From Antedon mediterranea (lineage: Eukaryota > Animalia > Echinodermata): 64,000 bases of DNA. Location of the stretch: the NCBI RefSeq assembly GCF_964355755.1, contig NC_092675.1, positions 26,508,912 through 26,572,911 of the forward strand. Direction: 5' to 3'. The translations under genes were made by a program, and so were the position numbers. Positions 14,301-26,300 of the stretch are shown here, one piece after another; positions within the stretch are counted from its first letter, which is position 1; every line of letters begins with the position of its first letter. Under the pieces are notes generated by a model. It made no database searches. It had not been told where the DNA came from and saw only the letters and a list, made by a program, of their open reading frames with translations.

Positions 14301-17300
14301 ATTTCAAAAGAAAATGAAAATTTTATGCCAATTATTTTAAGTTCATTTAAAAAATAAGAACATTAAATCAATACAGACCAGACTAGTCTTAAGCTCTGTC
14401 TACACTATCAAACTAGTCGACAAAAAAAGTGTGATGTGCCCAAATACGGTAGTGATATGGCCAAATATGGTAGTGATTATGTCCATACAGTATATGGTGG
14501 GCACATTTTTTGTCACATTAGTTTGATAGTGTACACACAGCTTTACGTACAGCATGTGCAGATTAATATTTTGTATAAATGTACCACTATTTGCCATTTA
14601 CTGTCAATTACTGACACTGAAACAAGATATCTTACAAAATAATTTGAACAATTACTGCAGATTCTTTAGCATTTCAACATATTACAGTTTTGTGATTTCT
14701 ACAACTGAGCGAGTACCCTACTTTCTAGCTCATTTCTTCAATTCAAATTAATAAATACCCATCAAATGTGAACAAGAGAAAATTGTCAATTATAAAAGAT
14801 ATTTCTTAATAAAATAAATGCACAGATATAAAAATTCTCAATCACGTTATAGATCTAAACAATTAATTTCTATGATTGTTGTACTGCAAACTACTTTATA
14901 CTACAGCAAATGTGCGTACAAGTGTTGAAATTTTATTCCATATTTATTGAAACATGTTGAGTGATTTAAATGCACAGGCGACATGGATGAGTGCTAGTTA
15001 CCGTTAACTATATCTAGCGCTGAAAATTTATTCAAATGACTTCTTGTCCTAATTACAATTTTAAAGCAGTCAGTATTTATAATTTTTGATGAGCTTAATT
15101 CCGTCGAAGCTTGTTGAAATTCACAATTCTTTTGATTTAAAGTAGAATCTCACTTCATACATATTCTAAATTTTGGATGGAATTCTAAATCTCCCAATCA
15201 TTTCAAGTACAGCTGTCATATTCCTTACAGTAATTACATCTAATAATTTACATTATTATTTATAGTACAATAGCTATTTTAGTATAAAAAGTAATGAATG
15301 TTTATCAGTGCAATGGAACAAATAATTTCATGAAGTAAAAATAGAACATTTCATCTTAAAAAATTATGTGATCTACTGTACAAATACAATGTAAAACATT
15401 AATTGATTTTATAACACACCTACAGTACTGTACTTTAAGGAGAGACTAGGTCAAGGTCTAAACCATTCAAGAAATCAGCACTCCAATTTTTTATGCAGGT
15501 ACAACAATTATAGACAGTGCACATTACTGGTTGTTTTTCGACCAATAATAGATAACACAATTAAGTTTCAATTATAACAAAAACTAGAAAATAGAATCAG
15601 TTTTGTTTTTCAATATTTATTTTAAAATATTTGTACATTTGTAGCTTTTTAGTTCATTTCTATTGTCAATGTTGCAATCACTGACCGCATACAGTAAGTT
15701 TCAATTATATAACAAGTGCTTACTGTAATGCGTTTCAATCATTAATAAATTTCCTACAAAATCTATTTGTATGAATCCAGTCCAGTGTTAAAAAGCTACT
15801 TTGCTTCGCACACTACTGACGTCCACATGTTGACAGCAATGAGTTTAATAAATCACACTGAAAACGCACACGAATCCAATTAATTATTTCAAATGTGGTA
15901 TTAAATTGAACAAAAAACTATTGTAAATTTGATTCAATTTATAAAATACAAATAGATAAATTCGGAATAGAAAAATGATATGTTTTATAGTATTGAGTAG
16001 TATTCAATTAAATATTTGATATTATTTATTCTTTTTGCATAATTTATTTGATTGAATTATTAATTCCTAATTTATCTTGGTGTGAAAAACTATATTAAAT
16101 TTCAACAAACTATATTTATTAAGGATACAGTATTTTATGTGGTTTTTGATTGCCATTCTTCTTCCCAAACTTTTTTTAATAATAATAATAATAATAATAA
16201 ATAACATTTATAAAGCGCAAGAGACAAAGGTTTCAAAGCGCTGTGTTTTCCAAGATCAGTGCAAGTAGTAGCGTGCGATTATGCTTCTCTGAAGAGATGA
16301 GTTTTGAGTTTAGTTTTAAATGTGATAACAGATTTTGATGAGCGTATTTCGAGTGGTAGAGTGTTCCAGAGTTTTGGGGCTGCGACAGCGAAAGCACGAA
16401 ACAATAATAATATAATAGAACAATATTTAGCTTTGTTAATACAGTACAGTCAACTTTCCCAATACCGGACACCCTTGGGCTAATCTAATATGTTTACAAG
16501 GTAAAAATGAACCTTTTGGAACCCAAGAAAATTCTGGTTTTGGGAGAGTTCCGGTTTCAAAAGAGCCTGGTATTGGGAGAGTGTATTTAAAGTGGAAAAT
16601 GAACCAAAAACATTGTGATTATTGTAGTTCATATTGATAGCATTTCAACAAAAAACTGAATGATGATGTGTGACATGGTTGGACATCAGCAAAGAGACAT
16701 CATCCTATAATAAAACATTCATCAAATAATAAAATAATATTATAAGGTTAGAATTTACATTTGTAGTAATAAGTTATTTGTATCCTATTGCCTTTGTTTC
16801 AATTATATATTATGACCTTCTTGTGTCAGATGGAAGGTCAACTATTGTCTGATAAGATGTACAGGTATAAAGGAAATTTAATATGAAATGAACTTAAAAT
16901 TATGATTTTAAAAGTGTTCACTGGAGTGAAATTAATATCATCAAAATAAATAACTGATTCAGTACCAATAGCTTAAATACATTCAATAAGAAAAAGTTTA
17001 AAAAATATTATATTATTTGATAATACTATTATCAAATTTATATCACATCTACAACAAAAATGACTTGATAATAATTAATTAATAAGTGTACATATAAGTA
17101 AATTTGCATTAAATTACCATATTTAGGACCAAATAGGGTATACAATAAATATTATTTGCTATATTAGCACATAAGAAACTGAGTGGCAATACCATCTAAT
17201 TAATATTCATATCACAAAGCTACAAATATTAATAGTTGGAATATTTAGTAATGATAATATTAGAGATCGTTAATCATAATTTCGAATAATGATATCAGGA

Positions 17301-20300
17301 TAATCAATATTCTTTTTAATTATAGTATGTTGAATATTATTGATCATAAATCATAAAGTTATTGTGCAATGCTGAAACTGCATTTGATAAAGATTAAAAA
17401 AATATTCTGGGCACAGTATTACTTGTCAATTATGCTATAAATACCTGTATAAATTATTTTACACTAGATTTCATTTAAAGGGACATACACACTGTCCAAA
17501 TAATATAATAGTACAGTAGTCCCTATTAAGAGGACACCCCATCAAAAGTGATTCACATCGAAAGTGATCGAGTTCACCTTTGTAGTCCCCTGGGTCTGTG
17601 TTATTAAATTGTTTGTATTGTTCATGTAATATTATTTGGAATAAATTGAATTAGAACCTAAAAAAGCAACCCCTTATTGGGTTTCAGGAGGTCTACACGG
17701 AATAGTGGTTGGCTATACATTTAAAACATATACAGCACATAAGCTGTGGGCTGTCAGTGAAAAGTGCTGAGCTTTATTTGATGTCCTACTGTATCTTTTG
17801 CATTACAATTTGTGAAATTTAGAGGGGGGCCCGGACTTGAATCTGCCCACAGGGGTGTCCCCTCAATAGGCATGTTGCAACAGTAGTTTAGTTCTTATCA
17901 CAATATAAACTTGTTTTCAATGTGATGTCATTTGAAAATTTGTTGCTTTCATTTCAATAGGCCTCCTCATCACCTCACCAAGTTTAAAGGAAAGGTGGAG
18001 GGGGAACTTCTTTCGAACCACCTTTAATTGGTGGATCTTTATTTTTTTTTTTTACTAACAGTAACACTTCATATTCAACCCTTTATTAAAAATAAAATTG
18101 TCTTATTGTTCTGATTATAAAAAATTCAGCTCTGAAACATATGTAAGTTTCTGGTCATTACAAACAGCAATTTATTAAAACTACTTTTGGAAAGAAGGTA
18201 AAAAAAAGCAGACGACATGAAGTAGGCAAGAGCAGACGATGCTACTAGTAGCCGTTAAGCCTAATCTGGCATTCAATGAGCCATTGGCAAAAAATAATTA
18301 ATTACTTACAGTATTCCAAATTTCTAGATAATATTTCTCTTGGCAATTCACTGCAATTTGAGAAGACCGAACATAAACACTGTACTTGTTTGTTTCATAT
18401 TATTCATCCTCATTTGAGGAAATTCAGATTATGTCCTCAACGGACCTACGGAACCAACAGTGCAGTAACTATTACAGGGGATGATAGACCAGTCGGTCCC
18501 TTAATAAAAAGAATGGTTGGTATACCAGGGCTCAAAATTCTTATACCTAACAACAATTTCTTGGCCAGCTACTACTGTATTCTTTGCAACGTTATACACA
18601 CTTCCAATCTCAAGAAAATGGAATCGCTCACCACATTCAAACATCTCCTCAAATCCCACCCTTTTTCCACTTTCAATCTAATCGCGATTAGACGCACCCA
18701 GCATTTTGCGCCATATTAATTTGAACTTTAACTAGTTTGCTAAATTAAATGTTTGAAAAATATATTTTTTTAAATAAAAAACCAAACTATATTGAACATA
18801 CCATATTTGTTCACAATAAATTTAATTTATTATTATTATAACTCTATTGATCTTCAACAACAATGTTACTATTCTCGTACAAATTCCATAAAACACAACA
18901 CGTACAACAATTAAGTATGCATGCTCGATGGTTTAATTATACTACTCAGAAATTTTATATCGAATGACAGATGAGGCATAATTTTAGAGAGGATGAGCTA
19001 AATTATAATGCAGGCAGACCAACTGTGTTGTACCTACACATCTACTACTATCTATATTAAACACTCTCCTGGGAGTTACTACGAACTAGTTAAATCATCA
19101 TTTAGGTGTTTTCTCTATTTTTTTACGAATGCCTCATGCATAATAGAATGTGTTGTGCAATAGTAATATAATTATAGGCAAAAAAGAGAATAGAAAAATA
19201 TGAATATTTCATACAAAAAATTCAGTTGTTATGAAAGCAATGGTGTGCGATATTATATGAATACTTATTTGTGATTATTCGCTTGCTGTACTGTGTGGTT
19301 AATTTAGAAATTGAAGCTACTGGTAAATTGTAACCTGTGTCATTGTGGACCAAGCCCATAGCCAGGATTTTTTTAAATACAAGGGTTCCTTTATTCCCGC
19401 CCCCCCCCCCCACCACCAAAAAAAAAGAGGATGCAAGCGTAGTAGCTGAAGAAAAATTGATTAGTGTAGGTAGAATTGGCCATAACATTGTCAGAAGTTA
19501 GGCCCATTTACTAGCATTTTGCTGTTGTTGGTCTCTATCTTTCGAGCCATACGTACCCCCTGACCAAAGGCTTGTGGACATACAACTGTTTGATGGCTGC
19601 TTGACATGCTTTAGGGAGAAGGAAATTATTGTATGTTTTGTCCACACCTGTGCGCTCAATTCACCCGGGTACGGGCCTTTCACACCTGATCCAGTTCCAA
19701 TGCGGAAATTAAACCATGTCTCAAAGTTTTCAATAACGTACATTTAATATGTAGCGAATCTGAACTGGATCCGGACAGGTGTGAAAACACTTTATATTCA
19801 AATTAAAACACTTTCAAACATACAATTGTATTTTTGTTCTGATTATAAATTATAGAAAATTCAGCTGTGAAACATATGTAAATCCAAGAGCATCTTGAGA
19901 ACACTTGTTATTGGCCAGAAATAGAGAATATAAACCTTGTGGGGCCAAAGGTTCCTGCTCCTATGGTTTTCAACATTTCATAAAAAATTCAAAACTGTAT
20001 TGTAAACAAATTGTGCTCTTGGATTATTTTGTCATGACATCACATTACGTAAGCATAAAATACCAAACGTTGAATTAATAACCGATACACAGTCCCCACT
20101 TGCTATGCATTGTAAAGTGGATTTTGGACATCTTGTTTGCCTAATGATCTCAATGAACGTGATCTAGAAAAAATATTTAAAGCACCATATTTGGAAAACT
20201 GTAGCCTCTAGATACTTTGTTAATAGCCATAAAGTAAAATAATCCTCGTCAAAGTGGGCATACAATGAAAAATAGACGAACAGAAGATTAGAATGAATGG

Positions 20301-23300
20301 GCTTAATAGCAGACATTACTCTAGAGCAAACCATTTGCCTACAAGGGGACTCTAAAATTACGATACCTGGTTCAATGTCATTGATACATGGATTGTGTAT
20401 CACTTTGTAGATTAGTAAATAAAAAATAATTACTTTATTTTTATTTATGTTTCCATTATTCTAAATTAGTATAATATTTAATAAATACCCTATATCTGAC
20501 AGAGAAACATTGTGTTTTATATCATTATGAATAGGTGTATTCAACCCTGGGTTGTTTTTGGAACATAATAAGCACATCTACTGTAGCTCCTTCAAAGCCC
20601 TCGTCGTTTATGCAAGCAGTAAGAGTACATGCGAATGTGAGGTGACCAGTTGAATACGCGTAATAATTACATTGAGGTATGGTATGTAAGAATAACCGAA
20701 TATTAACATTATTTATATTTGTTTTTGGCAGATTGCTTATTTTTATATAAGAATTCTACTGTAGTGATATTGATTGAAAAACAGGTGTGGATTGGACAGG
20801 AAGTAGAATAAACTGGCCAAAGAATGTATTGAAACCACTAATAGTGATTGATACATTAAAAGAAATAGTGTCCAATTAATAAGCCACGCCAAGTCCAAGT
20901 AATTTAATTTAACAACCTTAGAAGAAAGACAACACAGAGGGGACATGATTCAAACATATAATTTTCTTTCTAACAAAGAGGCTATTGATAGTGATTTACT
21001 TTTTCAAAAGTCTGAATATACCGCCACTAGGGGTCATAAACATAAATTGAAAAAGAATAATGCTCCATTAAATTGCCATAAGGCCCGTTCATATCGAACT
21101 TAGGGCGAGATAAATTTACTAGATTAACGAGATGATGTTGCCATAACTTCGATGTGAACGAATTATTAGGGCGAGATGAAGGAATTTCCTCGACTACGGT
21201 CAGTCAAGGCCATCGCCTCGACGGAATAGTAAATCCACTGGTAAAGCTAGAAAACGATTAAGGTAATTAGCACAGCATGAGGCATTCAGAATTGGAGGTC
21301 ACCAATACACCAATCAGATTAAAGCAAATTTCAACTTTGACATATAAACATCAACAAATTAGCTTTATTTCTGAACCCCATGTTAACCGAAAGCGACGAT
21401 CTGTCATATTACTATTTTAAAACTTATTTCAATACATCTGTACCGCATTCATCATGTCCAAAAAAGTAAAAGCGAAGACAAAAAATGTTACATCTAGGCT
21501 TGTATGTAAAAGAAACATGATCTCCCCAAGTTCGCGCTGTTCCTCGGCATATCGTAGGTATCTGAGCCGTTGTTGTTGTCGCATCATTCGCTGGGATTCC
21601 ATGCAGCTATAAACGAACTCAACTAACGCAAACAGCAGCAAAGCAGTACCTTCATCTAGTTCAGTGTCGTGTCATCATTAATCATTTGTAAAAATATAGG
21701 TAAAAACCCCGATAATAATAATAACTGAGGAAGCATTGTGTCTACGGATCGTTAAGCAGTACTCGAAAAAGAAGAAGAAGGTGGTAGAATGGGTGCGTAT
21801 ACACACAAGGAATAGCCCACAATAAAGTGCCCTAACCTGTTCAACTGTACTTCCTGTTTGTGTCGGCGGGGTCGCGAGCACGTGATGCTTAAGTTATCTC
21901 GCCCTAACATGAGCCGTCGAACGCAATTTAATGAATTTAATCGAATTACCGCTCTCGTAAAATTTAACTAGATCAGTACTTATCTCGCCCTAAGTTCGAT
22001 ATGAACCCAACTATAGTCATTTTTTTACCCAACGAGTCGTAAATTCATGGAATGCTCTCCCTGCCAGTACAGTAGAAGTTGACACAACCATACTATTTAA
22101 AAGAAAATTTCAGAAGACGAGGAAGCTAATAAAGGGCCACGACCGGCCCACCAGCCTCTTGCACCACTCATTTAGAGTGGTGTACGGTGAGTTAAGTCCT
22201 CTTTGTCAGACTTTCTTGTGGAGTATTCAAGAGGAAAACCAACAAGTATTGGTCAACATCAATTGCTTATGCATAGGTAAGGTCATTGAATCCTGTGTTA
22301 AATCTCTAATGAATACGAAAAGCTTTTAAGCCATTCTTTTTTTGCTTTAGGTAAGATATTCAGTTTTGAATATATATTACCATATGGCGATATTACCTGT
22401 ATTGAATTACTCTAAATTATGGATAGATTATAACACTTGACCTTGACATAATGATATAAATATAAATTGCAAAAACAATGTTGTTATTTCAATTAGTTTT
22501 TATTTCTCTTAATAATTGCTGTTATAAGATAATTATGATATGATTTTAATAGTCAAGGTAAAAAATAAAATATTAAATACAAAACTGTGTTTTTTTTTGT
22601 GGGGGTTAAAATGAAACTTTGAAAAATATTTTTATTGATGTCATTCACATTATTAACTGTATTATTAAATGCAGTTTACAATTATGTTGATTTAAATTGA
22701 CATTCTGTTGTTGTTGTTGTTGTTGTTGTTGTGGCTTGTAGTACTACTGTATTATGGTAACATATCAAACTACCATTAACAGCGTAATTTGTTATTTTTA
22801 TACCGTTTTTCATGACGTTATTTCGCAAAATAAATTTAAAGTTAAAGTACAATATTTTTTCTTTCAAATCCAATGTTAGCAGTACAATGGCCCAACAATG
22901 AACAAAAATAGTATAATATATTGCTATATATTCAGAAATTAATATTAGAAAAGCCTATTTGCTTTTATATGACGACATTCACATTCTACAAAGCATACTA
23001 CTGTAAACTATATTTATTTTTTATTCTATTTGATTTTCAAAACCAGAAACAGCAGCAGAAACAAATCCGCCATTTACAGCTTGGTTTAACAGACACAAAG
23101 ACAAATTACAACAACTCAGAAACACTAAAATTACGACGAAACAGATAAAGATTGGAATTAAAAATGTCGATATGGGGATGGGACTAAACTAGTATAAGAT
23201 AAACTTAATCTACTGTATAACCATTTTTAAATTCATTTAGCAATCAGAAAAATCTAATCATGGTAATCTTATAGCTGAATTATATGTTACAGATAAACCT

Positions 23301-26300
23301 TTTAGCTCTAAAAATTTAAATGTAAATGAGGCATGACATTTTCTTTTAAGAACGCACTGAACTGTACCCCTAATAAAGCCCACAATTTAAATCATGGTAC
23401 TCAATAAAAGATGAGACTTATTTTGATAGCCAAAACGTTGGTATTGGAATAACATAAAGTCCAGATAGCTGAAACATGTTTAGGCTGTGTAGTTATACAG
23501 TGAATACTGTATAACCTAAACAGAAACAGAGTCACTGGATCAAAAGAGACTTTATATAATGGATGGATACAGGCAGCTGTTGTTAGTAAATTGCTGTTAA
23601 AATGCTATGCCTTGTGGATTGGATTCATTAACCTTTAGGCTGACCCAATCAATATGGAGTAGTTGTATAGAGTTTGTTGTTTACTATTAGTACTATACAG
23701 TACATGAAAAGTACACCATGAACTGCACAGAATACACAATTCATAATGTTATTACAATATAACAGTATTACTATATTGTAAATATCTAACATATGAATTT
23801 TGTCTTTTCGTCGTTTAAAGGCTATAGGTATGCAATATTATCAGACTTCTCTGGGTTATTAAAGACTTCTCCCAGAGGTTCATCCAACAAAACTAATGCT
23901 AAAGGATAGTGTAGTATAACTAACATTAAATTGATTGCATTTCTGTTGGAAAAATTGGGTAAGGATATTCTGTTATGGGTTAAAAACTTTCCCCAGAAAA
24001 TCACAACAAAATGTTTACAATGATAGTGATAGTAAACAAAATTGATTTAAATATTTCTGTTAGATAAAATGCAGTCAGCATATTCAAAGGTTATTATACT
24101 ATATTTAGAAAGAAAAGTACATTGAAATATGACCATTAAGTTCTGTTCTAGGTTAATATATTATTATAAAACCTTTCCCTAAGGTTTACAACAAAATGTT
24201 AAGAATGCAAAGATAGTAAAACCAAAATTGATTTTAATATTTCTGTCTTTTACAGTCTGCCTTTTTATTTATGCAAACAATTCAAAGTTTAAACAACTTT
24301 AATTGTTGTCTGTGCCCTTAAGCACTATCAAATTAGTGTGGTGTGCCCAAATATGGTAGTGATGTGCCCAAATATGGTAGTGATGTGCCCAAATAATGGT
24401 AGTGTTATGGTAGTGATATGGCACGTCCATATATGGGCACATCACATTTTTTTTGTCATCTAAAGTTGGATAGCGTAGACAGAGCTTTAGATGTAATATT
24501 GTCTGAAAATGATAGTAATATTTATTATATTCAAATATTAATATTTTTCTTTTTTTTTAACAGGCAAATTTTCCAAAATGAATCCATTCAACTGCAAACT
24601 GAAACAGATGCTCTACGTCTTATGTTAAATACATTCTTTTCTCTATCAAAGTTAAATTGCAATTTGGCTTTTTTCTAGTAAGTTCAAACGCAAGGATACC
24701 TCTGATGTAACATCAGATGTGTACCTCAGAAACCTATCAGAGTTAAGTTAGAGGTAAAGTACACAAGAATACAGTGTATCGCAGTAAATGACACAGACGT
24801 ATTAAAAGAGACTTTAATAAAGTGATCACTCCTCTGGATGTAACTTCAATATGTTAGTAACTTGATAATTATAAATTATCTTTGAAAGCTTCCCTCTTTT
24901 AAAGTCCTACTGATGCTTCAAGAAATAAACCATTAAAAAATACTTGAATTTGACAATGAATGCATTTATCACCAGTGTCCATGACAAATATTCCTTTAGG
25001 TGGTAGATAGTATAAACTATTTATGATGTTTATGGTAACTGAATAGTGCAAAGTGGCCACATTTCCTGTGCTTTTCACCAATTTGTTCTTAATACATCCT
25101 CAATTATTGGTGAAATAGAAAACCCAGATGTCTGACAGGACAATAAAAAAAAAACACAAATTACCTATTGTAAACTGTGTTCACACTCACTGGAATTATG
25201 CGTGCATTGATAGGATTTAAGCTAATCCCAATTTATATCGGTATCATTATCACACCTGACGTATGTTGTCGTGTGATCGGTAAACTCTCTATAATTCTGT
25301 GTCGCATTGTATAACTCTTAAACTGTGATACAACATAAAATGCTATGTTCCATTGGTGGTACATATGATGTAACACAATACCCCACTCTTAAACCTCTTT
25401 ATCAATTCTCTCTTACGAGAGGTTGAATTATCACTGTTGCGATATATGCAAAGCAGAAAACGTTCTTGAATATGCTGAATGTACGTCTATGGTATCATAT
25501 TTAGGCCATAGGTTCCAACAACAAGGTTATGTTCTTATGGCACTTTGCACCGATATGTTGCATCTACTGTACGTCCTTGTGTTGTGTTCCAGTGGGAACA
25601 ATGCTTAAATAGAAGCTCACTGAAGACACGAAGACCAATGTCGGTTTATCCAGGTAAGTTATGCACGAAATAGACTGTAAAGTACCATCACAAGTTATTT
25701 TCAAAATGAAGAAGATTATGCTATGAGATGGCTTAATGTCAATTTTCTAATGAAGGCGCAAGTCAACTACTTACCTGTGCATCACATTAGAAGCTCATTG
25801 AACACAATATAGACCGAATGTCGGTTTATCCAGGTAAGTTATGCACGAAATAGACATCAGAAGTTTATTCAAAATGAAGAAGATTATGCTATGAGATGAA
25901 GACACAAGTCATCTACTTACCTCTGAAAACTGTTTGTTGAGCTGCATGTATTTGCGAAGTTCACTTTCCTCTGTGTATTTTGTTGGTTTCATATGATTGT
26001 ACATGTGCGGGAACCACCAGAACTTGTCTGCTCTTTTTATGAACTCTTCATCTCCTGCATTCTCCATCACACTTCCTTTTTTGAAGTATGTGCCACAGAA
26101 TCCAAGATTAAAGGTGAATCCAGGAACAATTCTGCGAAGATTTTCTTGCTCAATCTCCAATGCCTGAAATAATATAAAGGTACGTGCAATTAATACACCT
26201 AGTGTATCGTAACTCTGAAAGGCTATCAAGATTTGCACTCTACAAACTGCAGAGTTGAACTTGTGTTGCACACATTCGCAACGTTTACATATCTAAAAAG

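Noticed and set aside
18276-18719. 147-aa plus-strand ORF
   Set aside because: Overlaps a decayed L2-type LINE end; no coherent protein family or splice context.
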